DNA from: an uncultured virus (IMG/VR IMGVR_UViG_3300030329_003290)
Taxonomy: Duplodnaviria > Heunggongvirae > Uroviricota > Caudoviricetes
Virus record (IMG/VR): IMGVR_UViG_3300030329_003290
DNA: 64,000 bases
Strand: one strand, 5' to 3'
Made by a program: the position numbers and the translations under genes. The notes beneath the pieces were generated by a model that saw nothing but the letters and a program-made list of their open reading frames with translations, did no database searches and had not been told where the DNA came from. Of the stretch, positions 49,386 through 58,594 are shown in pieces; the first letter of the stretch is position 1, and each line of letters opens with the position of its first letter.

Positions 49386-49616
49386 TTATCCTCCAAATAC
49401 TATTGCCATAGCAGTGCCATGATCTGTTACAGATGTACCATTTTCTATAATTTTTCCTGTGGTATCTATTCTACCAAATGAAGCAGATGATGCTGCTGAG
49501 CCACTAACATTACCTGCAACATCTACTCTATAAAAAGAACCCGAAGCCCACTTTTTAGAGGCTGTTCCAATTCCACCCTCTTGATTAGCCCTTGGTACTA
49601 TATTCTTTGTGGCCAT
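49386..49616 (-). CDS. Small fibre-related protein
   Basis: 76 aa; VSGSAASSASFG motif; ends AMAIVFGG. Confidence 0.55.
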   Translation of the reverse strand: MATKNIVPRANQEGGIGTASKKWASGSFYRVDVAGNVSGSAASSASFGRIDTTGKIIENGTSVTDHGTAMAIVFGG

Positions 49617-49673
49617 GTTTTTCTCCTAATTATAAATAAATATTAGTTTTTTAAATTCTTCGTACATAATTCC

Positions 49674-50078
49674 TTATACCCTTGGTTGAATATCACTGTT
49701 TCCATCCAACTCATAAAAGACACTAATAGGATCAGCTACTGTTGCTGGCATCAAATCCCCATTACCATCTGTTTCAAAAATATTTTCTAATCCACCACCC
49801 GTTCCAAGAGCATAATTATTACCAGCTATAGCTATTGTCGTCAAATTACCACTTCCACTAGTGCCAGGATTAGCACTTACACTTGTTCCACCACCACCAC
49901 CAGCAGCTAATGAAGCAGATGTAAAATTTCCACCCCCAAGCATAAGATGTCCAAATGAACCTGTTGAAGCAGCTGAACCACTAAAGTAACTACCAGTAAG
50001 AGCTCCAGATACATCCTTTCCGTCTACTATCGAAAAATCACCAGCTGGTACAAATTGTCCTGTTACTTTTACTCCCAT
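49674..50078 (-). CDS. Virion structural / fibre-related protein
   Basis: Gly/Ser-rich; shares SGSAASTGSFG...FTSASLAAGGGG with its neighbours. Confidence 0.55.
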   Translation of the reverse strand: MGVKVTGQFVPAGDFSIVDGKDVSGALTGSYFSGSAASTGSFGHLMLGGGNFTSASLAAGGGGGTSVSANPGTSGSGNLTTIAIAGNNYALGTGGGLENIFETDGNGDLMPATVADPISVFYELDGNSDIQPRV

Positions 50079-50087
50079 TTTATACTC

Positions 50088-51566
50088 CTACACCGAATCT
50101 ATCAAAACTGTTAGGTTCGTCATTGTTAATAAATTAGTTGATCTCCAAACATGATATGTTTCTTGAAATCCAACCACATTGGTTACTGTTACATCATCTT
50201 GTTTCGTTACAGCAAATGGTAAACTTGTACTATTATCCTTAAACTGAAACTGAGTTTCATTGTCCCCATACCTATCTGGAAAAGCTATTATAACATATTT
50301 ACTCGTAAATGAACCAACACTTAGTGTTTGTCCTGTAACTGTTCCATCATCGTATGAAGAGTTTGCATTATAAGAATCCCAATCACCTGAAGTTTCTAAG
50401 AAACTTTCATCATAACTATCTGCTTGTGCATCGTATCCCCAAATAAAATAATTCTTTTTTTGTGTAGATGTTACTGTAGTAAAAGTTGTTGAGTGTGCAT
50501 CTACATTAGCTAATTTACTGGCATACACATAAAAATTTTCTGTAAATCCAGCAGTATTCAAATAACTTACTGTTTCTTTCAATGGTGTTAGTGCAGTAGC
50601 ATCACTTCTATCCATAGCAACTGTTAGTAGATTAGCACCACTACCAGCTCTTACTTGAGCCACATTTGTATCACCAGTTCTGTGTGCAAAACATAAATAA
50701 TTAGAACCACCAACCGATACTGTTAATGTTCTTGTTGTATCGTTTGTTGTAACCGTATTAGCAGATGCTAGTGTTCTTATATCTGCCTGATTGAATCCAT
50801 TGTTCTTACTCAGTTCACCATAAACAAATTGATTTCTAAAATATATTCTTTGGTCTGTGTAATCAGTATCACTATCACTTCCAGCCGAAGCAAACAATCT
50901 AAATCTTATATCATGACCAGCAGTTGTTGGAAATGTTATAGGCATCGTATTTGTTCCCATTGTAAAACTTGAACTCAAAGGAAACATATCGTAAGAACTA
51001 CTTATTGAGCTATTTACATATCCTCTAATCTTTGGTGATCCTGCTGAACTTCCCTCAAACCCATCTGGCGGGCCATTGTTATATGACGCAGTAAATTGAA
51101 GTGCGCCAGTTGCTTTCCAAGAACCTGTACCAATTAATTGTGGTGAGGTTGAATCATTCATATCAAAATCTGCTATTGTAAATACAAAAGTAGCATCATG
51201 ATCTGCAGCAACAAACCTTGTTCCATTAAATTTTAATACTTGGTCTCTAGCTATACCACTTGGGTTTATATCCTTACCACCTATTTCAACTATTGCAAAA
51301 GAACCAGTTTTAGAACCACTTATTGCACCTGTTACATGCAAATCACCTTGTATACCAGCAGAACCTGTAAATGGAAATCCAGCTCCAGTTCCACCACCAC
51401 CAGCAGCGAGTGAAGCAGATGTAAAAATTCCACCACCCAACGACATTGAAGTAGCTGTAATCTGACCAAATGAACCAGTCGATACAGAGTCTCCTGTAAA
51501 ACTACCACTTAGGGTAAACGAACCAGTTAGTGCTGGATTTAATTGTTTACTATCAATCCGTGCCAT
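50088..51566 (-). CDS. Virion structural / fibre-related protein
   Basis: 492 aa, Ser/Thr/Gly-rich; STGSFG...FTSASLAAGGGG module; two similar C-terminal beta domains. Confidence 0.6.
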   Translation of the reverse strand: MARIDSKQLNPALTGSFTLSGSFTGDSVSTGSFGQITATSMSLGGGIFTSASLAAGGGGTGAGFPFTGSAGIQGDLHVTGAISGSKTGSFAIVEIGGKDINPSGIARDQVLKFNGTRFVAADHDATFVFTIADFDMNDSTSPQLIGTGSWKATGALQFTASYNNGPPDGFEGSSAGSPKIRGYVNSSISSSYDMFPLSSSFTMGTNTMPITFPTTAGHDIRFRLFASAGSDSDTDYTDQRIYFRNQFVYGELSKNNGFNQADIRTLASANTVTTNDTTRTLTVSVGGSNYLCFAHRTGDTNVAQVRAGSGANLLTVAMDRSDATALTPLKETVSYLNTAGFTENFYVYASKLANVDAHSTTFTTVTSTQKKNYFIWGYDAQADSYDESFLETSGDWDSYNANSSYDDGTVTGQTLSVGSFTSKYVIIAFPDRYGDNETQFQFKDNSTSLPFAVTKQDDVTVTNVVGFQETYHVWRSTNLLTMTNLTVLIDSV

Positions 51567-51822
51567 AAATTCTCTCTTCTTTTCTCTCTACCCACCAAGT
51601 AGAAATAGATCGTGAAATTCTTTTTCTATGTTGAGTAGTTTTCGGTTGTTTCATTTTATTAATCGTATCCATAGTAAGTTTTCTATCTTGTTGTGCACAA
51701 GATTTACACACACTATTATTTCCAACCGCTCTGTCAAAGGAATCTTTTCTTGTATAGGTAAGCATTTTGCCACAATCAGGACAAGGTCTATTTTTCCTAT
51801 TATTCCAATGTCTTTTTCTCAT
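51553..51822 (-). CDS. Small Zn-ribbon protein with NUMOD3-like basic tail
   Basis: RPCPDCGK...CKSCAQ cysteine pairs followed by KTTQHRKRISRS. Confidence 0.6.
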   Translation of the reverse strand: MRKRHWNNRKNRPCPDCGKMLTYTRKDSFDRAVGNNSVCKSCAQQDRKLTMDTINKMKQPKTTQHRKRISRSISTWWVERKEERIYGTD

Positions 51823-51861
51823 ACATATAAATATCAAAAAATGGTAAAAGAAAAGTGGTAT

Positions 51862-53409
51862 CTACGAATTAAATTTGCCTTGAGCGATTATTTCGTCATC
51901 ACTTTCCAAATCATAACCAATACTATCCGTATCTACTAATAATCTAAATGTAGAACCAGCTTGTTGTATTGTTAGAGCATCATGTTCCATATACTGACCA
52001 TTTATAAAAAATATAAAATCGTCTTCGGTAGTAGCAGTAAGTCCTGATGGAGCAGAAGCAGTTACAGCGGTAAAACTAGCAGTAGTTGCTGTAATAGAAT
52101 TAGATTTTTTCACATAGCATTTTCTCAAATAAGTATCAAAGGTTGAAACACTCGCATCTTGAACATCGACACCATTTAGAGTCAATGAGCCTGTAACTGC
52201 TAAAGAACCAGTAAATAAATGAGTATCGTCTTGTGTATCACCAAATATCGTAGAACCACTACTAAATGATTGTGTCATATTTGTTACAGAAGATGAGACA
52301 ATCATATTTTCTGCAATTATATTTCCTAATACTACCCAATCAGTATCTACTTGTGCTTTACCATCATCTCTTTGAGATATTTCAAATGAAGTAGGACCAA
52401 CATGAATTGCGCCAGAAGAAGATACATTACTAAATTGTACTGTGGCACCAGTACCAACATCTTGTCCAATAGCAAATGTAAAATTGCCAGGGGAAGTACC
52501 ATCAAATGTAGTCCCACCACCTACAGTTACACCTGTACCACCAAAGAAACTTACTGGATTTTCCAATCCCGCAGCTGCTCCTTTTTTCGATACACTTATA
52601 TTTACATCTTGTTGGTCGGGTGTTATAGCAGATAAATCGATTGAGACATTATCATCGATTACAATTCTCTTAGGTGTTAATTTCTTTTGTGTAGTTACTA
52701 CTTCTGAAAACTCTTCTGGTAATAAATAACCATTCATTGTTACAGAAAAAGTTGTCTTTATAATTCTTTCTTGATTTACATTTACTTCACTGGCATCTGT
52801 ATAGTTATCTATCTGTGTTCTGAATTTAAACTTACCATCTTCTCCCCAATATGAGCCCTCACTATAAATAAGTTTTTCAACTATCGCATTCATTTGTTCT
52901 GTATATGAAGTCCATATAACAAAGTCATAAGATAATTTTATATAATCTGGCACTGGTACAGCATATAATTCTTTTGTTGGCGATAAACCAGTCTGTACGG
53001 AAAATTTATCGTATCTATTTTTATCAGTATATTGTTTTTGAAATGTATATTGTAATTGTGGATTTAGTGGATCCATTTTATCAACAGGTAAAGATTCATC
53101 TTTTTCTATAGATGTTCTTTTGAATGCTATAAGTGGTATGACTAATTGTTTTTTATTATCAAAAAGATAACCTCTTTGCTGTACCATTGACCACCTTTCG
53201 GGGTTTGCATACATAATTGGTACTTTTACAGTTTCATCATTTTCTATTACTTTAGGTTTTATGACATTATTAAAATAATACATAATAGTAGCATCGATAT
53301 CCATCAATCCTACTGATAAGTTTTTTACATTATCATCATTTCTCGACCTATCGTAACCACGATTCCTAGCTCTTCTCTGAGAACGTGGTATCGGTTTTTC
53401 ACGAGCCAT
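51862..53409 (-). CDS. Tail completion / sheath terminator protein (T4 gp15-like) with C-terminal extension
   Basis: VPIMYANPERW, PLIAFKRT, PVPDYIKLSYDFVIWTSYTEQMNAIVEK; follows the two neck genes. Confidence 0.65.
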   Translation of the reverse strand: MAREKPIPRSQRRARNRGYDRSRNDDNVKNLSVGLMDIDATIMYYFNNVIKPKVIENDETVKVPIMYANPERWSMVQQRGYLFDNKKQLVIPLIAFKRTSIEKDESLPVDKMDPLNPQLQYTFQKQYTDKNRYDKFSVQTGLSPTKELYAVPVPDYIKLSYDFVIWTSYTEQMNAIVEKLIYSEGSYWGEDGKFKFRTQIDNYTDASEVNVNQERIIKTTFSVTMNGYLLPEEFSEVVTTQKKLTPKRIVIDDNVSIDLSAITPDQQDVNISVSKKGAAAGLENPVSFFGGTGVTVGGGTTFDGTSPGNFTFAIGQDVGTGATVQFSNVSSSGAIHVGPTSFEISQRDDGKAQVDTDWVVLGNIIAENMIVSSSVTNMTQSFSSGSTIFGDTQDDTHLFTGSLAVTGSLTLNGVDVQDASVSTFDTYLRKCYVKKSNSITATTASFTAVTASAPSGLTATTEDDFIFFINGQYMEHDALTIQQAGSTFRLLVDTDSIGYDLESDDEIIAQGKFNS

Positions 53410-53897
53410 TAGATACTCCTAACTCTTTCTATTTGTACAGAACTCTTTCTTACTAAAAATGTATTTGCCAATACTGAATAATTTTGTTCGAACATACCAC
53501 CAATCAATTGATTCTCATTTACCGAACCAACTTCAAAATAAGCATAGTTCCAATCTACCAAATCTCCTATTTCTAATACCATTTCAGCATCAATAAATGC
53601 TTGTCTTAGAAAAGCAAATGTTACATTTTGTCTATTATCAACACCAAAATCGTCTTGATTGAAATCAAAGTCTTCTGCTGTAACTAAACAATTCATTTGA
53701 ACACCATCCTTATAAACTTTATTACCACCAGCAGATTCACCATACATATTTGTTGCTGATTCTTGTAGCGATGGTTTATAAACAACGACTTCTTGATTTA
53801 TTAGTCCGTCTTTACTTCGTTGTTTATCACCAACCAATTCTCTACTGACTCTTGTAAATAAGTTTATGTCTTTTTGAGATAAAAATCTACCTGCCAT
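53409..53897 (-). CDS. Neck / head-closure protein (T4 gp14-like)
   Basis: TNMYGES, LEIGDLVDWNYAYFEV; position between neck and tail-completion genes. Confidence 0.6.
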   Translation of the reverse strand: MAGRFLSQKDINLFTRVSRELVGDKQRSKDGLINQEVVVYKPSLQESATNMYGESAGGNKVYKDGVQMNCLVTAEDFDFNQDDFGVDNRQNVTFAFLRQAFIDAEMVLEIGDLVDWNYAYFEVGSVNENQLIGGMFEQNYSVLANTFLVRKSSVQIERVRSI

Positions 53898-53901
53898 TTT
53901 A

Positions 53902-55053
53902 TTATCCTGTATAAATTGGGTATGGTACTTTGTTCAATTTTTCTTGTAGATGCTGAGCCTCATCTTTATCAGCTTCCAAAAGTGCCCTTCTACTTGTTTG
54001 TTCTAACATCTCCCTCAATTGTGTTACTAATAATTCCTTTTCAGTAGCAGCTTCAGTTCTCAATGTATCACCATCCAATGTTGTTTCCGCATTCGGTATT
54101 GGCATACTAGCATACTTACTTCTAATAGTACCTAATAATTCTTTACAAAGTGCTAAAGCATATTTCTTTATCCATTGTTTACCCACATCATTTATATGTA
54201 CAAATGCCATATTATCATATGGAGCATTAGAAAAGTCTGAAACTACAGCATTTGTAGTTCCTTGTAAAGTGGTACTCCTATCCTCTTTCAAAATATATTT
54301 GAAATGTAATTTATAATCTGTTTCAGGTTTTGGGAAAATTCTCAGATTGTTATTTACCAACTCAAATGAATATGCTGATTTTCTAATTTGATCATTGAAT
54401 TCAATTGCTTGTATTTTTAATATATCAGCATACATTGGCATCATCATAAAACTTATTGCTGGTGAATTATTACCCCAACCAAAACTATCTAACATATTAT
54501 ATGAACCATCACCTGTACCAGCGTATGGATCATAATATCGTGTAATAGCAGGTGTAGATTCGTAATGAACTTTTCTAATCTCAATTGCTTTTCCACTTTC
54601 AGAAACATTAGCATAAAGAGTATTCAAATCATATTGTTGTGAACCACTTTTTACAGATATTGAACCTGTTTTATAATTTATAATACCACCTACACCAGCT
54701 TCCGTACCATATTGTTCTGATAATTCAATAGTTCTACCAAATGTTGGTGTGGTTTTTTTATGTGTGACGCTTGATCCTGTAGACTGTCCCTGCATCGCTA
54801 ATAAATTATCTTTTATATTAAACTGATTTACTTGTGCTGAATATTCAGTAATAGATTCTTCATAACAAGCATAAAATTGTTCTTTTTGTAGTTCTACTGC
54901 CACTATAGGATAACCCAATCTTTTGGCAGACCAATCAGCAAATTTATCGACAGAATGATTTCCTGAACCAGAAAATGCTGTATCACTATCATAAAATCCG
55001 TATGGTGTGTCACCTGATGAAAAGGAACTACTACCAGGCCATATTGCTTCCAT
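53902..55053 (-). CDS. Neck protein (T4 gp13-like head-tail adaptor)
   Basis: RLGYPIVAVEL...Q, WIKKYALALCKELLGTIRSKY, TLDGDTL; directly after the capsid gene. Confidence 0.75.
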   Translation of the reverse strand: MEAIWPGSSSFSSGDTPYGFYDSDTAFSGSGNHSVDKFADWSAKRLGYPIVAVELQKEQFYACYEESITEYSAQVNQFNIKDNLLAMQGQSTGSSVTHKKTTPTFGRTIELSEQYGTEAGVGGIINYKTGSISVKSGSQQYDLNTLYANVSESGKAIEIRKVHYESTPAITRYYDPYAGTGDGSYNMLDSFGWGNNSPAISFMMMPMYADILKIQAIEFNDQIRKSAYSFELVNNNLRIFPKPETDYKLHFKYILKEDRSTTLQGTTNAVVSDFSNAPYDNMAFVHINDVGKQWIKKYALALCKELLGTIRSKYASMPIPNAETTLDGDTLRTEAATEKELLVTQLREMLEQTSRRALLEADKDEAQHLQEKLNKVPYPIYTG

Positions 55054-55104
55054 TATTTTCTCCTAAAAAGATATAATTATTCAATAATAAATATACAAGA
55101 TCAT

Positions 55105-55137
55105 AAAAAAAGGGGAAGTAAGAACTTCCCCTTTTTT
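55105..55137. terminator. Bidirectional intrinsic terminator after the major capsid gene
   Basis: AAAAAAAGGGGAAGT-AAGA-ACTTCCCCTTTTTT. Confidence 0.9.
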
Positions 55138-55160
55138 AATTAGTTCAACTGTGGTTACAA

Positions 55161-56831
55161 TTAAACTGTATTCATATGTGTGACAATCACTTTACCATAG
55201 AATTCTGGACGAACCATCTTCTTAGCATAACGAGTCATTACACCTCTACGTGGAGTAAAGTTAGTAGGATCGTATACTAATGGTGTCATAATCATCGGTA
55301 CATACGGAGCATACACAGCACCAGTTTCTAAGAAATTGCTTCCTCTGAAACCAACTAATATGTCGTTAGAAGTCATATAAGGGTTCTTATAAACAGTATA
55401 CCTGTTATTGATCGAACCTACGGCTTCAACACCCATAGCATAGTTGTTAGCAGAAGCATCACCAGTGTTAGCAACATACCCACTTACTGATTCTAAGATT
55501 GTGGAAGTTTCAGGTGAAACAACAACAAAATTAGCACCACCGCGTAGTGTTTTCTGATGAATTGCGTTAGATACTGATTGTATCTTGATACCAAGAGTCT
55601 GGAACCAAGATGGTTTTGTATAAGCATTTGATGAACCACTAATTTCTGAGAAATCAGATTCAGCAGCACCAGCACCATCATACTCATATCCGACTTTAGC
55701 TGACCAATATTCTGTTTTAGCAGAAGCATTGATACTCAACATATCTAAGATTTCCAAATCGATTTCCATCGCTATGTACTCACTTAGCATTGCTGTAAGT
55801 TCAGCTTCAGCATCAACTGAATGATAAGCATTTAAGTCCTGAGCAAGTTCAGGTGTCCATACAGCTTTCAGTTTACGGGTTTTAGCAACTATGCTAACAG
55901 AGCGTAACTGAATGTCTACTTCTGGAATACCAGCATCGCCTTCTCCAGAGTATCCACCATCGGAACCAGCAGTAGGTGAAGCTTCAAACTCACCTCTTTG
56001 TTGATCAGTTGGTTGCTTATGATATTTTACTGTCAAAGCAGCAGGAGCAGTAGCAGCACTCTTTCTTACAAAGAAAGATATTTCGTCTTCTGCAGCATTA
56101 AGAGCAGTATATTGTGGAAAGAATTCATCGAATCCAGAACCACTAATAGAGAAAGCTCTTATACCTTCAAGATCAGGTCTTGTCATACCAGCAGTAGAAA
56201 CTTGAAGTTTCAAAATATCATTGTTTTCAGCTGTAGCAGCTGAAACAGCAATAGATGAACTTAGATCTGGCTCAAATTCAACTTCTTTCCAAGTAGCTGA
56301 AGCAGAAGTATAAGTTCCACTTGCTACTGACGAAGCATGAATAGCTTGAGCGGCAGTTTCTTCATCGTTAATAGAGTATCCTGATTTACCAGATCCATAA
56401 AGACCACCAGCAGCATCACCACTACCAGAAGTATTACCGAATACATCGGAATTCTGTGTGTGGTTGCCAGTTTGAGCGGATCCGTATTTAAAATCAAGGA
56501 AAAAGATTAGACCAGATGGAAGATTCATAGGTTGAACAGAAACGAATTCCTGTGCTGAAATCTCACCAAAGATTCTACGAACCAATGGTAAAGCAACACC
56601 AGACCATTCTTCTTTATTTCCACCAGTACCAGTTGAAGAAGCTTCCTTAATCAACTGAGTAGCTTGGTTTTCTAAAAGAACGGACATTCCTGTTTTCTTT
56701 GTTGAATCTTCGATACCATCTAGTAATCCAGTTGGCTCCCATTTATCGACTAACTTACGAGTCTGTTTAAGGAGCTCCTGATGAGGGTTATGACCACCCA
56801 TCACATCACTTAGATTTTCAAAGTTTGACAT
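55161..56831 (-). CDS. Major capsid protein (T4 gp23-like)
   Basis: LLENQ, LPLVRR, VQPMNLPSGLIF, AKTRKLKAVWTPELAQDLNAYH, YAPYVP, F.PRRGVMTRYA. Confidence 0.97.
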   Translation of the reverse strand: MSNFENLSDVMGGHNPHQELLKQTRKLVDKWEPTGLLDGIEDSTKKTGMSVLLENQATQLIKEASSTGTGGNKEEWSGVALPLVRRIFGEISAQEFVSVQPMNLPSGLIFFLDFKYGSAQTGNHTQNSDVFGNTSGSGDAAGGLYGSGKSGYSINDEETAAQAIHASSVASGTYTSASATWKEVEFEPDLSSSIAVSAATAENNDILKLQVSTAGMTRPDLEGIRAFSISGSGFDEFFPQYTALNAAEDEISFFVRKSAATAPAALTVKYHKQPTDQQRGEFEASPTAGSDGGYSGEGDAGIPEVDIQLRSVSIVAKTRKLKAVWTPELAQDLNAYHSVDAEAELTAMLSEYIAMEIDLEILDMLSINASAKTEYWSAKVGYEYDGAGAAESDFSEISGSSNAYTKPSWFQTLGIKIQSVSNAIHQKTLRGGANFVVVSPETSTILESVSGYVANTGDASANNYAMGVEAVGSINNRYTVYKNPYMTSNDILVGFRGSNFLETGAVYAPYVPMIMTPLVYDPTNFTPRRGVMTRYAKKMVRPEFYGKVIVTHMNTV

Positions 56832-56845
56832 TATATGTCTCCCAA

Positions 56846-57910
56846 TTATACAAGGTTAGCTAACTTCTTAAACCTGTTCCTCAAATCACTTCCTTCAGAA
56901 ATTACTTTCTTATCAGATTTGGTTGAGGCTACTGGTTTGGAAGCAGCTCCCTTAGATTCATTAATTTCATTTCTAGCAGCACCAAAAGATTCACCAAGTG
57001 TAGAGTAAACTAACTTGACTTCTCTAAGGTTACTTGCTCTGTCGAATTGCTCAACGACTTTCATCTTCTGTTCGTTATTCAAACCATACTTTCTGAATAG
57101 TTTGTTTGTGAATAGAAGTTTAGCATTTAGCAAGTTAACTTCATTTAGCTTTTCACGCAGCTCTTTGACTACAGAACGATGTTCAGCAAGATCAGATTTT
57201 AATTCTTCAATTTCATCTTTTTCTTCTTCAGCATCTTCTTCTTCAGAAAGGGCTTTGAGAACTTCATCTAAATCTACATCTTCATCGAGATCTTCAGATA
57301 ATTTTCCTTTACCAGGATCATCTGTATTATCATCGTTAGCATTTTTAGCAGGCTGTTTATTGTCACCAGCACCAATGCCAGAAGATACATCATTAGATTC
57401 TTCTACTTCTTCCTCATCGCCTTCTTCAACTTCATCTTCTTCTTCTTCGTTGATTTCTGCTTCAAGTTCTTTAATCACAGCTTCCAAGTCAAGGTCTTCT
57501 TCGTCTTCTTCTTCTTCCATCTTTTCATCATCCATTTCTTCTTCGACTTCTTCCTCTTCTTCTTCGGAAACTACAGGAGCATATTTGACGCCATTGATTT
57601 CAACAACATCATCTTCTTCTTCCTGTTCTTCAACCTCATCATCAGCATGCGCCATTTCGTCTTTAGGTTCTTCATCGCCATGTTCAGCTTCTTCCATTTC
57701 TTCATCTTCGTGATAGCCTTCTTCGACTTCATCTTCATGTTCTGCTTCTTCAACGGCATCCTCATCGTCCATTTCCATTTGGATTTTCTTAGACAACATA
57801 GATTGAAGTTTAGGTGTGAAAGCCTCTTGTAAAGCTAATTTTGCATTTTCTAAAGCAGTTTCACGAACAGCTTTAGCGTCGGCAATCGCTTCTTTTAAGA
57901 GATTATCCAT
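56846..57910 (-). CDS. Prohead core scaffolding protein (gp22-like)
   Basis: Highly acidic coiled-coil protein immediately upstream of the capsid gene; ends RFKKLANLV. Confidence 0.8.
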   Translation of the reverse strand: MDNLLKEAIADAKAVRETALENAKLALQEAFTPKLQSMLSKKIQMEMDDEDAVEEAEHEDEVEEGYHEDEEMEEAEHGDEEPKDEMAHADDEVEEQEEEDDVVEINGVKYAPVVSEEEEEEVEEEMDDEKMEEEEDEEDLDLEAVIKELEAEINEEEEDEVEEGDEEEVEESNDVSSGIGAGDNKQPAKNANDDNTDDPGKGKLSEDLDEDVDLDEVLKALSEEEDAEEEKDEIEELKSDLAEHRSVVKELREKLNEVNLLNAKLLFTNKLFRKYGLNNEQKMKVVEQFDRASNLREVKLVYSTLGESFGAARNEINESKGAASKPVASTKSDKKVISEGSDLRNRFKKLANLV

Positions 57911-57934
57911 TTTATTCTCCGTTTTAGGATATTA

Positions 57935-58001
57935 TATAGTTATTGGGAACTATAATAGAATTATTATATTTCGGTACACCGTATACGATAGGAACGGTGT
58001 A
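57935..58001 (-). promoter_or_regulatory. Two hairpins in the 5' leader of the scaffold-capsid operon
   Basis: TACACCGT-N11-ACGGTGTA (57975-58001) and TATAGTT-N6-AACTATA (57935-57954). Confidence 0.4.
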
Positions 58002-58016
58002 TTTAGTTTTGATATA

Positions 58017-58025
58017 TATAAATAT
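58017..58025 (-). promoter_or_regulatory. Representative copy of the conserved upstream motif ATATTTATA (putative late promoter)
   Basis: The same ATA[TC]TTAT motif occurs upstream of at least 10 other operon-leading genes (see findings). Confidence 0.6.
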
Positions 58026-58031
58026 AAAAAA

Positions 58032-58259
58032 TTAGAATTTTCTTCCTCTATTTCGGCTATCTTCCTCTAATAATTTGACTTTTTTCCAATAATTACGGGC
58101 TTTTGCTTTATTTTTCATCTCTTTTTTAGCAGCAGATGGTTTTTTGTAGAACTCTCTTTCTCTGAGTTCATATAAAATTCCAGCATCTTTTACTTTTCTT
58201 TTGAATATACTGAGAGCTTTTTCGTAATTATTATTCTTTACAACAACCTTTATTGCCAT
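58032..58259 (-). CDS. rpsU: Phage-encoded 30S ribosomal protein bS21
   Basis: MAIKVVVKNNNYEKALSIFKRKVKDAGILYELREREFYKKPSAAKK matches the bS21 signature (AL..FKRK...G+..E.R.REFY.KPS). Confidence 0.9.
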   Translation of the reverse strand: MAIKVVVKNNNYEKALSIFKRKVKDAGILYELREREFYKKPSAAKKEMKNKAKARNYWKKVKLLEEDSRNRGRKF

Positions 58260-58267
58260 ATTTACCT

Positions 58268-58594
58268 CTACTTCTGTAATAGTTTTTTTTGTTTTTTTCC
58301 TAACATCATAACAGCTTTTAAAGCATCTTTTTCAGAATCAGCATCGATATGTGCAGCAGAACCACCAGTAGGAGATCCGTCTTTCCTTACAACATATATT
58401 TCAAATGTATCGCCATAAAGTGGATGTTTAGAGTAATCTACATATAATCCATGATCTTTACCACTAAGTCTCAATGTATCTCTATCCTTTACTTCAATAT
58501 TACCACCCAATTCTTTTTGAAGAATAGCCTGTGCTTTTTTTATGAAAGATGGTTTTGCTTTACCCTCTGTTAGTAATTCTTTTAACTTAATCAT
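58268..58594 (-). CDS. Putative head-internal protein (IKLKELLTE leader)
   Basis: N-terminus MIKLKELLTEG is shared with neighbouring genes. Confidence 0.55.
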   Translation of the reverse strand: MIKLKELLTEGKAKPSFIKKAQAILQKELGGNIEVKDRDTLRLSGKDHGLYVDYSKHPLYGDTFEIYVVRKDGSPTGGSAAHIDADSEKDALKAVMMLGKKQKKLLQK

